Source: Candidatus Multivoradales bacterium
GTDB lineage: Bacteria; Acidobacteriota; Thermoanaerobaculia; Multivoradales; Multivoraceae
Assembly (NCBI GenBank): GCA_965223325.1
Contig: CBDCWI010000002.1
Span: forward strand, 2,528,001-2,592,000
Direction of reading: 5' to 3'
DNA length: 64,000 bases
Below the pieces are notes generated by a model. The model was not told the origin of the DNA and searched no databases. It saw only the letters and a list, made by a program, of their open reading frames with translations. This document shows positions 20,083-30,100 of this stretch, piece after piece; the stretch's first letter is position 1; each line of letters starts with the position of its first letter. The position numbers and the translations under genes were made by a program.

Positions 20083-20257
20083 GGAGCTTCCTGAGTCCCG
20101 CCCGTGGCTTCAGGTGTTGGCCTTCAGAAACGCTTCGATTCGATCACGCGGTGCCTTGCGCGCTTCATCGAAGTCGAGCTGTGGCTCACCGCACTCACGA
20201 CATCTTGCGCCTCGCGGGTTGCCTGCAGACCGACACCACCCTCGCTAGACTCTCTGC

Positions 20258-20986
20258 ATGAGCAAGCGAATGGTTCCGGAATCTCCTCTGTACACGTCCT
20301 TCACCGATCGCACCCTGGCCGCACTAGTGCTTCTTCTCCTCTCTGCCCTGGTGCTGGGCGGCTGCAACCGAGCACGCGACAAGTACTTCAACGCGCTCGA
20401 GAAAGTTGGCATCGAGAAACGCGAACTGCTGGTCTCACGCGTCGACAGCGCACGCGACGCCCAGGCCGACGCACAGGAGGAGTTCCAGGACGCGCTCGAG
20501 CAGTGGCAACCGTTCCAGGCCGTGGTCGAGTTCGATGGCGGTGACCTCGAGAAGATGTACAAGAAGCTCTCGCGTTCGTACGAGCGCAGCAAAGAGCAGG
20601 CCGAAGAGGTGCGTTCGCGAATCACCAAGGTCGAGCGCGTTGCACGTTCCCTGTTCAGCGAATGGCAGTCCGAGATCACGCAGTACAGTGACGCCGCGCT
20701 GCGAAGCGCGAGCGAGCGAGAGCTGCGTGCCACCGAGGAGCGCTACCAGCGACTGGTCGTGGTGATGCGTGACGCCGCGAAGCCGATGGACCCGGTGCTC
20801 GCCAAGCTTCGCGACCAGGTGTTGTACCTGAAGCACAACCTGAATGCGCGCGCCCTAGGGTCTCTACAGGGAACGGTGGACTCTCTCAAGTTCGATGTTG
20901 ACGACCTGGTGCGACAGATGGAGTCTTCGATCAAGGAAGCCGACGCCTTCATCGACGACATGAACTCGCTCAACGAGTCCACCTGA
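20258..20986 (+). CDS. DUF2959-like coiled-coil lipoprotein
   Basis: Lipobox LGGC, Y..ALEKVG.EKR.LLV.RV..ARD.Q, VLYLKHNLNARA. Confidence 0.85.
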   Translation: MSKRMVPESPLYTSFTDRTLAALVLLLLSALVLGGCNRARDKYFNALEKVGIEKRELLVSRVDSARDAQADAQEEFQDALEQWQPFQAVVEFDGGDLEKMYKKLSRSYERSKEQAEEVRSRITKVERVARSLFSEWQSEITQYSDAALRSASERELRATEERYQRLVVVMRDAAKPMDPVLAKLRDQVLYLKHNLNARALGSLQGTVDSLKFDVDDLVRQMESSIKEADAFIDDMNSLNEST

Positions 20987-21101
20987 GGGCCCCAGTCTGA
21001 TCGCCCGGATCACTTCATCGCCTTCGGCTACAGCAGCCGAAGCACAGACCGCGGCCCTCTCGCGCCCGGCTTCGAGGTGGAGTCTCCAGAAGCTCTCGAG
21101 C

Positions 21102-21902
21102 ATGCCCAGTGCACTGTGCCTGGAGGGTTCGGTGGTCTCCGTGGTCTGGCTTCAGCTCCTGGCTGCGGTTCATGGTGAGGGGGGAGTTCCACCCGCAACG
21201 CTGGCAGTTTCTTTCCTTTCTGTCTGGCTTGCCTATGTCGGCGATCGCTTTCTCGACGCGCGCAAACCCGGCGAGCTCACCCGTCGCCATGTCCTCTGCC
21301 GGCGCTACCCACAAGTGGTCGCGATCTCCTGGCTTGTGGTTCTGGCTGCGGACCTCGCCCTGGCGCTCCGATTCCTACCCGCAACTGCGATCGCAAGCGG
21401 GCTCGCGCTCCTCGCGGTGGTGGTGACGTACTTCTTGTGGTTGCACAACACGCGAGGCGCCAGCGACAAAACGCGCCATCGCGAGGTCCTGTCGGACCTG
21501 GCGGTCGGTCCACTCCTGGCGCTTGGCCTCGCCTGGGCTCTTTCGACTGGCCCCGGTCTCTCACCAGGCGCCGTCGCGTCGCTACTCGGCTTCGCGCTCG
21601 TCGCCAGTCTCAACTGCCGAGCGCTGACCCTCTGGAGTACCCAACGAGGCCAGCGCCGGCTGTACCGGGCACTGCAGGCCACTGCCTGCGCAGCCTTCCT
21701 GGTGAGCGCAGGCCTGGCCCTCGTTGACTCCACCGCCAGCTGGACGACCGCCCTTCCCGCGGCGTGCCTGGGACTGAGCGCCGCCGCAATGGCCTCTGTT
21801 CACCTCCACCGCCAGCGCCTGGCTGCCGACGTGCGGCGCTTCGCTGTCGACGCTGCCATGCTTTCTCCACTCGCAGCGACTCTGACCCTCGCGCTGTTCT
21901 AG
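21102..21902 (+). CDS. Multi-pass membrane protein (UbiA-like, uncertain)
   Basis: About 8 hydrophobic segments, WLAY.GDRFLDA motif. Coupled to the methyltransferase. Start uncertain. Confidence 0.65.
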   Translation: MPSALCLEGSVVSVVWLQLLAAVHGEGGVPPATLAVSFLSVWLAYVGDRFLDARKPGELTRRHVLCRRYPQVVAISWLVVLAADLALALRFLPATAIASGLALLAVVVTYFLWLHNTRGASDKTRHREVLSDLAVGPLLALGLAWALSTGPGLSPGAVASLLGFALVASLNCRALTLWSTQRGQRRLYRALQATACAAFLVSAGLALVDSTASWTTALPAACLGLSAAAMASVHLHRQRLAADVRRFAVDAAMLSPLAATLTLALF

Positions 21903-21905
21903 GCG

Positions 21906-22562
21906 ATGCGCAGCGGCTACGACTTCCTGGCTAGACACTGGCAGGGTCTCGAGCACCTCCTGCACGGCGATCTCCTGGCGAAGGCACGGTTTGCTTGCCT
22001 GCGAGAGCTCGAACGTCAGCGGCCCTCACGGGTGCTCCTGGTCGGCGACGGCGACGGCCGGTTCCTGGAACAGCTCGTCTGGCGACTACCCAGCTCGAGA
22101 ATCACCAGCATCGATCGCAGTCCGTCCATGGTGGCTCTCGCACGCGCCCGGCTCGATGAGACGTCGCGCCAACGGGTCACACACCTCATCGCCGACGCGG
22201 CGCAGGTGGTTGTTACGCCCTCCCCATCGGTGCAGTTCGACGCCGTGGTGACGCACTTCTTCTTCGACCAGTTCGAACACGACGGTCAGCGCGAACTCGT
22301 TCCCCATCTGGCTTCGTTGCTTACGGAGACAGCGACCTGGCACCTGGCCGACTATCAGCTCCCGGCTGGCGGATGGGCCAGGCAAAGAGCGCGAGCAATC
22401 CTGTTTCTCCTTTACCGCCTTTTTGGCGCCATCACCGATATCGATGCCCGGAGTCTCCAGGACCCGACCCCACTCCTCGAAGCGGCTGGTTTCAGACTGC
22501 TCCGCCAAACGCTCTTCGATCGCGAACTGTTGGTGTCTTCGAGCTTCTCGCGCAGCGCCTAG
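21906..22562 (+). CDS. Class I SAM-dependent methyltransferase
   Basis: VLLVGDGDGRF (motif I), ID.S..M, FDAVVTHFFFD. Confidence 0.88.
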   Translation: MRSGYDFLARHWQGLEHLLHGDLLAKARFACLRELERQRPSRVLLVGDGDGRFLEQLVWRLPSSRITSIDRSPSMVALARARLDETSRQRVTHLIADAAQVVVTPSPSVQFDAVVTHFFFDQFEHDGQRELVPHLASLLTETATWHLADYQLPAGGWARQRARAILFLLYRLFGAITDIDARSLQDPTPLLEAAGFRLLRQTLFDRELLVSSSFSRSA

Positions 22563-23395
22563 CCACGAACGCAGCGGTTTCTCATTTCGCCGAGGCCGTC
22601 AAGGCGGGTCGTGACGACGTCTCCCTCCGCAAGATAGGTGCGAGTCGCTGCGCCGACGCCGCTGGGTGTTCCGGTAAAAATGAGATCGCCGGGCTCGAGT
22701 CGGGTGATCCGCGAGAGGTACGCCACCAGCGCCGGGACCGAGAAGATCAGGTCGTTGGTGTTCGACGATTGGCGCTCCTCGCCGTTGACCCAACAAGCAA
22801 GGGGGATCGCGTCGCGGTCGGCGATCAGGTCGAGCGAGACGACCATCGGCCCCGTCGGACCGAAAGTGTCGAAGGATTTGCCAAGGGTGAACTGTGGCGG
22901 CTTCGAGGAGAACTGCGCCTTGCGGTCAGAGATGTCCTGACCACAGGTCAGGCCAACGACGTATTCCCAGGCGGCTTCTTCGTCGATGTCTTTGCCCGCG
23001 CGGCCGATCACCGCCACCAGCTCTGCCTCGTAATCGCAGTAGTCACTGCGCAAAACGACGGCAGCAGTCGGCCCGACGAGGCAGCTCGGGTACTTGGCGA
23101 AGACCATCGGCTGTTCTGGGATCTCCATGCCCGACTCTTCGGCATGCGCCCGATAGTTCAGGCCGACACCAAAGATCTTCTGTGGTCGCGGGACGGGCGG
23201 CCCGAGTTCCACATCGGCAACCGAACCCGACGGTTCGTGGTCGGAGAGAACGATGCCATGTAGCTGTTCGGCGCTGGCCAGCGCCAGCATCGGGCAGCTG
23301 CTGATCGCGCCACCGGTCGAGGTCTCCACGTCGTAGTAGCGATCACCTTCGAGGAGAACTGCGCGGCCGCCCACGTTCGCCAACCGAAATCCCAT
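22559..23395 (-). CDS. Fumarylacetoacetate hydrolase family protein
   Basis: GLNYRAH, DYEAEL..VIG, D.S.R, GKSFDTF.P.GP, GDLIFTGTPSGVG. Confidence 0.93.
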   Translation of the reverse strand: MGFRLANVGGRAVLLEGDRYYDVETSTGGAISSCPMLALASAEQLHGIVLSDHEPSGSVADVELGPPVPRPQKIFGVGLNYRAHAEESGMEIPEQPMVFAKYPSCLVGPTAAVVLRSDYCDYEAELVAVIGRAGKDIDEEAAWEYVVGLTCGQDISDRKAQFSSKPPQFTLGKSFDTFGPTGPMVVSLDLIADRDAIPLACWVNGEERQSSNTNDLIFSVPALVAYLSRITRLEPGDLIFTGTPSGVGAATRTYLAEGDVVTTRLDGLGEMRNRCVRG

Positions 23396-23480
23396 CGTGC
23401 TCCTCCCCGATCATTCTCGCCAGCGAACCAGGCACGCCACCTGAGGTCTCGTGGCAGTCTCCCACGAGCGCCAATACCGG

Positions 23481-26400
23481 TCAGGAAGGTCTGCCGGCGG
23501 GCCCATTCCCCTCATCGACGACGAGCTTCGGCATCGACTGGGTCTCAGTGGGCGGCGGCTCACCCATTTCGACACGGAGCGGCCCGTCGTAGGAGGTGGG
23601 GTCGAGCTCCGCGGCGATAAGGTCTCGCACTCCCAGGCGGGGCGTCTCTGCCTTCGAGTCGATGGCCACCCAACGACCACGACCGTACTCCTTGGCGAGA
23701 TAGAGCGCCCGGTCGGCGATCTTCACCGTATCTTCGAAGCCCAGGAGCTCCGGTTCATCAACAAAGAAGGGGAAGAACGCGCAGCCAACTGAACACCCGA
23801 GGTGAACCGGGCTTCCGTCTGCGGTTTCGAAGACATGGCCGCGAATCATCTGGATGATGCGGTTGGCGAACCCGGCAACCTCGCCGCGCTCGACTCGTCG
23901 AATCAGAAGCAGGAACTCATCCCCGCCCCACCGAATGGCGCTGTCGCCGTCCCGGCAAGCGTCGCGCAGCAGCTCGCCCACCTGGATCAGTGCCGCATCA
24001 CCAGCGTCATGCCCGAACGTATCGTTGAGCGGCTTGAAACCGTCGAGATCGATCATCAGGAGCAGAAAGTCGTGGAGATCTTCGGAACGCAGGCCGGAAG
24101 GAGCCTCGCCGTTGTCGCCGGATCCTGGTACTGCGGGCCCCTCATTGGGGGTTTGGGGGGGAGGTTCATCGAGCACCAGGGCGCCGCTATCCGACCGCTT
24201 CCTTCGGTAGTACCGCATCGCCCGGGTCAGCTCCTCGCGCAGGAAGCCAAGCACGTAGTGCCGATTGCGCAGACCCGTCAGAGCATCGGTAACCGAAACC
24301 TGCTGCAGACGCTCATTGCGCTCGGCGAGTTCCTCAGTCCGCAGGTCCACCTCCTCTTTGAGTCGCCGTGAGTACTCCGCTTCTCGGTGGAGCCTCTGGC
24401 GCACCAGGTGGACTGCGAGAACGATGGCGAGTAGAACCGCCAGCGCGTACAGGCAAAAGGCCCACCAACTCTTCCAGGGTGGAGGTTCGACCACGACACG
24501 CGCCGAGAGGCCATCCTCGGTCCAGGCGCCGTCGTTGTTCGATGCTCGCACCCTCAGGACGTAGTCGCCAGCCGGTAGGCTGGTGTAGGTCGCGCGATGA
24601 AAGGTACCGAGCTCGTTCCAGTCCTCGTCGAAGCCCTCTAGCTTGTAGGCAAACTGGTTCTCTTCCGGGGAGGTGAAGTCGAGCGCCGCAAAGTCGAAGG
24701 TCACGACCTTGTCCAGGTGATTGAGTTCGAGCGCCGCGTGCTGCGCCGCAAGAACGTCCTCGTGACGAAACTCGCCGTTTCGCGACACCGACGTAATCGC
24801 CAGTTGCGGGATGTGCCGGTTGTCGACGACCGCGGCGGGGCGAAAGACGTTCAGCCCCGCGACACCGCCGAGGTAGAGCCTCCCATCGGACCCGACATGA
24901 TGAGCACCGAAGTTGAACTCGGCACTCTGTAGACCGTGGCGCACCGAGTAGCGTTTGAACTCGCCCGTTTGATGGCGGAACCGGAACACACCGTTGTTGG
25001 TGCTCAGCCAGAGATCGCCAGCGTCGTCGGGGAGAATGGCGTAGACCATCTCGCTCGCCAGGCCCTCGTCGCGACCGAAGTTCTGGAACGCTGCCGAGGG
25101 GTTTCCGAAATCCTTGTACGGCAGAAGATCCAGGCCATTGTCGCCAGTTCCTACCCATAGCCCGTTGGCGTCCTGGTAGAGCGACCAGATGCGGTCACTT
25201 GCCAGGGCTCCGACGACATCGGGGTCGGCTCGATAGGCCGTGAACTCTTCGGTTGCCGGATCGAAACGGTTGATACCGCCGTCATCGGTGCCGACCCAGA
25301 GTGCGTCGTCGGTCTGCAAGAGCACCGTGACGCGATCACTCGAGAGCGAGTCCGGGTCGTTTGGATCTTGCCGGAAATGACGCGCAATCCCGGTCTCGGT
25401 ATCGAGGCTGTCGAGACCAGCTCCGAAGAGTCCGACCCAGGTTCGGTTGGGTTGGGCGCCGTGCTCGAGCGCAATGATCGAATTGCTCGCCAAGGTGCGG
25501 AGGTCATCTGGGTCATGCCGAAAGTGCTCAAATGTCGACTCGCCGGTTCGGCGGCGGTTCAATCCACCGCGGAAGGTTCCCGCCCAGAGATCTCCCTTGC
25601 GATCGACTAGCAGCGAGCCAATACGGTCTTCACTGATACTCGTCGGGTCTTGCGAGTCGTGTTTGAAGGTCGTCACCGAACCTGTTGCCGGATCGATCCG
25701 GTTGAGGCCCCCCATTGTTCCGACCCAGATGGTGCCGTCGGCCTCTTCGTCGATCGCCCAGATCGCGTCGTTCGAGAGGGCACGGTCGCCCTCTACCCCC
25801 GTGTGATAGTGCTCGAAAGTCACGGTCACCGGGTTCCAGAAACTCAGACCGGCACCGAGAGTACCGACCCAGAGAACGTCGCCGCGATCCTGAAACAGCG
25901 ACAACACGTAGTCGGTCGCCAGCCCGTCGGGAGATACGGTTCGCTGACGGATGTGTGAAAAGCCGCGGCCTTCTCCACGCCACTCGTTCAAGCCCCGCTC
26001 GGTGCCCACCCAGAGCGTCCCTTGTCGATCGGTCAACGCCGAGGTCACACTGTTCGACGTCAGCGAGCGCGGATCATCAGGATCATGGCGAAAGTGTTTG
26101 ACGTCTTGAACCCCTGGATCGAGACGGTCGAGACCTTGATCGTAGGTGGCAATCCAGAGACGCTGCGCTCCGTCGAGGTGAAGAGCACGCACCTGATTGC
26201 TGCTCAAGCTGGTTGGATCGGCCGGTTCATGGCGTCGCGAATCGAGCAGTGCTCCTTCAGCGTCGAGATGAAAGAGGCCATCACCGAAGGTGCCAATCCA
26301 GGCGCCACCATTGCCGTCGCCAACCAACGCGCGTACCGAACTGCTCGCCAGCGTGCTGGCCTCTTTGCCGGGGGCCCAGATGTCTCCTGTTGTGGGGTCG

Positions 26401-26888
26401 TAGCGCAGGATACCGGCGGTCTCGGTTCCGACCCACAACCGCCCTTCCCCATCGGGCAGGACCGCGCGAACCGGAAGGTTCTGATCGTCTGAGGTCAGTG
26501 CGTGGCGCGCGAAAGAGCCGGCGAACGGCTGCCAGACCGCGAGACCACCACGCGTACCAACCCACACTCGACCGTCTGAAGCCACAGCGAGCGACCAGAT
26601 CTGGTTGCTCGGCAGGCTGGTGACATCACCCGGTCCATGCCGATAGAGCCTGACTTCTTTGCCGTCGTACCGGTTGAGTCCATCTTCGGTCGCGATCCAC
26701 AGGAAACCGGCTTGATCCTGGACAACCTGGTTGACAGTTGTTTGCGAAAGGCCCTCTTCGAGTGACAAATGATGGAAGCGAATGGCCGGTCGCTGCCCAT
26801 ACACCGCCGCTGCGAGGCCGAGAACCAGGGCCACGTACAGAAAGGGCCGGGCGCGCCAGCGGCCACGTTGTGCCAGAAAACAACACAT
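23481..26888 (-). CDS. Membrane diguanylate cyclase with periplasmic Reg_prop beta-propellers and a Y_Y_Y domain
   Basis: Signal peptide, ~14 (D..G.)LWVGT..GL repeats, YKLEGFDEDW..ATYTSLPAGDY.LRVRASN, PPPW plus TM, TDALTGL.NR, IDLDGFK..ND..GH..GD, RDGD I-site, RWGGDEF. Confidence 0.95.
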   Translation of the reverse strand: MCCFLAQRGRWRARPFLYVALVLGLAAAVYGQRPAIRFHHLSLEEGLSQTTVNQVVQDQAGFLWIATEDGLNRYDGKEVRLYRHGPGDVTSLPSNQIWSLAVASDGRVWVGTRGGLAVWQPFAGSFARHALTSDDQNLPVRAVLPDGEGRLWVGTETAGILRYDPTTGDIWAPGKEASTLASSSVRALVGDGNGGAWIGTFGDGLFHLDAEGALLDSRRHEPADPTSLSSNQVRALHLDGAQRLWIATYDQGLDRLDPGVQDVKHFRHDPDDPRSLTSNSVTSALTDRQGTLWVGTERGLNEWRGEGRGFSHIRQRTVSPDGLATDYVLSLFQDRGDVLWVGTLGAGLSFWNPVTVTFEHYHTGVEGDRALSNDAIWAIDEEADGTIWVGTMGGLNRIDPATGSVTTFKHDSQDPTSISEDRIGSLLVDRKGDLWAGTFRGGLNRRRTGESTFEHFRHDPDDLRTLASNSIIALEHGAQPNRTWVGLFGAGLDSLDTETGIARHFRQDPNDPDSLSSDRVTVLLQTDDALWVGTDDGGINRFDPATEEFTAYRADPDVVGALASDRIWSLYQDANGLWVGTGDNGLDLLPYKDFGNPSAAFQNFGRDEGLASEMVYAILPDDAGDLWLSTNNGVFRFRHQTGEFKRYSVRHGLQSAEFNFGAHHVGSDGRLYLGGVAGLNVFRPAAVVDNRHIPQLAITSVSRNGEFRHEDVLAAQHAALELNHLDKVVTFDFAALDFTSPEENQFAYKLEGFDEDWNELGTFHRATYTSLPAGDYVLRVRASNNDGAWTEDGLSARVVVEPPPWKSWWAFCLYALAVLLAIVLAVHLVRQRLHREAEYSRRLKEEVDLRTEELAERNERLQQVSVTDALTGLRNRHYVLGFLREELTRAMRYYRRKRSDSGALVLDEPPPQTPNEGPAVPGSGDNGEAPSGLRSEDLHDFLLLMIDLDGFKPLNDTFGHDAGDAALIQVGELLRDACRDGDSAIRWGGDEFLLLIRRVERGEVAGFANRIIQMIRGHVFETADGSPVHLGCSVGCAFFPFFVDEPELLGFEDTVKIADRALYLAKEYGRGRWVAIDSKAETPRLGVRDLIAAELDPTSYDGPLRVEMGEPPPTETQSMPKLVVDEGNGPAGRPS

Positions 26889-27141
26889 TGCAATATTTCG
26901 AATTTCTCGCGATACCCCGGGTGGGGGCAGACGCCAAGAACTTTACTATAAATCCCAGAAAGCAAGGTTTCAGTCTTCAGCCCTCAAGAGTACCGACGGA
27001 AGGGATTCATACAACCAGAACACGTCGAGCGGAGGTATACTAGAAATTGTTTCATAAGGTGGCAAACCATTTGCTTAATGTTTCGGTGGCTTCGCAACGC
27101 CACGCCGACTCTGAACCTCTACTTGTCCACGGGACCTCATC

Positions 27142-30100
27142 ATGCGTGCCCACCGTCTGACCATCTTGATCCTCGCCGGATGTCTCGCGACATTCGCCGG
27201 TGCGCAATCGCCTCCCGTCACCGCGGTGACCGACGGGCCACAACCTCCGACGGCAGCAGGGCCTGAACACGACGCCCTAAGCCAGCGGTACATCGTGCTG
27301 GCTCCCGACAGTCGCACCGCCGAACATTTCGTCGAAGCTGTAGGCGGTAGGACCAGTCACGTCTTTCGCGTCCTGCGAGGAGTCGGAGCGGACCTGACGC
27401 TCGCACAAACCGAAGAGCTCTCCAGGCTTCCCGGGTTTCGCGTCATCGCCGACCGCCAGGTCCATGCACAAGCTCTCCGCAGCCAGAACGTCCGTATGAC
27501 CCGCCAGATCGCCTACGGTGCCGATGACGCCGAAGAGAAGCTCTCGACCGGCGGCGTCGACCTCGGAAGTTCCGACCTCGAACTGGCCACCGACTACTCC
27601 GATCAGATGATCGGGCTGCGCTTCCAGGACGTTCAGATTCCGCAGGGCGCCACAATCACCAACGCCTACCTCGAGTTCGAGTCCGACAACGCCAACGACA
27701 CAAACGTAAGCCTCGAGATTCGCGCCCAGGCCGCCGACAACGCGACCGCGTTTCAAAGCGCCAGGCACAACCTGACAGACCGCCCGACCACTGAGAGCGT
27801 CATTCCGTGGACTCCGGAGCCCTGGGTCGAGTCGGGCCTTCTCTACACGTCTCCGGCCGTCACGCCCATCGTTCAGGAAGTCGTCGACCGCGGTGCATGG
27901 CAGGCTGGTAACTCGCTGGTGGTGCTGATCTCGGGCCACGGCATTCGCCGCGCTCAGTCCTTCGAAGGCAAGCAATCGGGCGCCACTACCCTGGTGGTCG
28001 ACTACGAATCACCCGCAGAAGAGACGACTGGTGGATTCGGTGGCGGTCCAGGGGGCGGTTTCGGCGACGAACCGCTGGCGACTGGCGAGACTCACACGAT
28101 CGCCGCCTACATTCTGCGCGGTGCCGATGACGTCGAAGAGAACCTCTCGACTGGTGAGGTGCACATCAACAGCAGTGATCTCGAGATGAGCTTCGATGGG
28201 TCGCGCCAACAGCTCGTCGGCCTGCGCTTCGATGATCTCCCGATTCCTGCAGGCGCCAAGATCGACATGGCGTGGCTCGAGTTTCGCGCCGACGAAACCA
28301 ACTCGGCCCCGGCCTCGGTCCTCATTCATGCCGAAGCCACCGCCGACTCCTGGAGCTTCGAAGACCTGGACTACGCAGTATCGATGCGGCCGAAGAGCAC
28401 CACCTCCAAGACCTGGACTCCGGTGCCCTGGCCCGAGGTGGGAGCCGCCTACCCGAGTGAAGACATCGGACCGATCATCCAGGAGATCGTCAGCCGGAAA
28501 GGCTGGCGGGCCGGCAACGCCTTGACTCTCCTCCTCACCGGGTCGGGCCGGCGAACCGCCGAGTCGTTCGATGGCGGCGACACACCTCCGATCCTGCGCG
28601 TTCAGTACCAGGGCGTCGCCCCGACCATGGCGGACGTCGCTGCGGGCGCCTGCGGCAAAGTGCCGGGGACTGGGGCTAGCGACCTGCGAGTCGTCGCCCT
28701 CGACTTCGACGGCACCACCGAAATCGAGGTCAAGGTCAGAGACGGTCGACCCCACGCACCGCTCCTGGTGGACGGCAAGATGGTCGGCTGCCTCGACAAG
28801 TACGGTGACCTCGAGACCAAGCACTTCGCGTTTCATATCGACGCCTGCCACGTCACCGTGAGTGACGGGGCGACTCACCTCGAAGTCGAGGCCGAAGACT
28901 GCGTTGCCTGGCGCGACACCTTCTACCCCACCCTGGTCGATGCCGCTCGGCTCCACCAGCAGGGGACGCTCGGCCGGACTTCGATTGCCTTTGTCGACAC
29001 CGGAATCGCCAACGCACACGACTGGGGCCAGATTTCCTACGACGTGGTCGCCTTCTACGATGCGATCGCCGACCGCACGCACTCTGATCAAGGTGCGTTT
29101 GACGACGCAGGTCACGGCAGCCACATCGCGGCGGTCGCTGCCGGTCGCGGCGTGACCGCCGAAGGGCTCTACAACGCGGTTGCCCCCGCCGCTCAAATCG
29201 TTGCGGTGCGCGCCTTCGACGCCGATGGCTCGGGCTCCTACCTCGACGTCATCCGCGGGATCGAGTGGACGATTCAAAACGCCAGCCGCTACGGAATTCG
29301 GGTTCTCAATCTCTCTTTCAGCGCACCGGTGCAGTCGTTCTACTGGGACGATCCCCTCAACATGGCGGTGATGGCTGCCTGGGACGCCGGCCTGGTGGTC
29401 GTTGCCTCAGCTGGCAACCACGGTCCCGACCCAATGACCATCGGCGTGCCCGGCAACGTTCCCTACGTCATCACGGTAGGTGCGATCAGTGACGCCTACA
29501 CCCCGGACGATTCCTCAGACGACTTCCTGACCACCTTCTCGGCGGCCGGCCCGACCTTCGAGCGCTTCGTCAAGCCCGATGTCGTCGCCCCGGGTGGCCA
29601 CATGCTCGGCCTGATGGACTTCCAGGACACGCTCGCCAGGACCCACCCCGAGTTCCACGACGGACCGCGCGGCGTGCCCTACTTCACCATGTCGGGTACC
29701 TCGCAGGCAGCGGCAGTCGTCAGTGGCATCGCGGCGCTCATGCTCGACGACGAACCCACCCTGTCGCCAGACGACGTCAAGTGTCGGCTCATGGCCACGG
29801 CGCGACCGGCCCTCGCCGGCGACGGCAGCCTCGCCTACAGTGTCTTCCAGCAGGGAGCGGGGTTGGTCAACGCCCTCGATGCCGTTCGTACGAGCGTCAC
29901 CGGCTGCGCCAACCAGGGACTCAACATCGGCCACGATCTCTCGGGCGCCCAGCACTACGGTGGCCTCGCCAACCAGGACGAGTACGGCAACTACGTCCTC
30001 GAGGGCGTCCAGGGCTTCGCATGGGATCAGGGCTTTGCCTGGGATCAAGGCTTCGCATGGGATCAAGGCTTCGCCTGGGACCAGGGCTTCGCATGGGACC

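Noticed and set aside
27058-27120. Possible c-di-GMP-I riboswitch upstream of the S8 gene (GGCAAACC...CGCAACGCC)
   Set aside because: Lacks the GNRA tetraloop stem and the GGGACGCAAAGC spacing. Only an Infernal search with RF01051 could rescue it.
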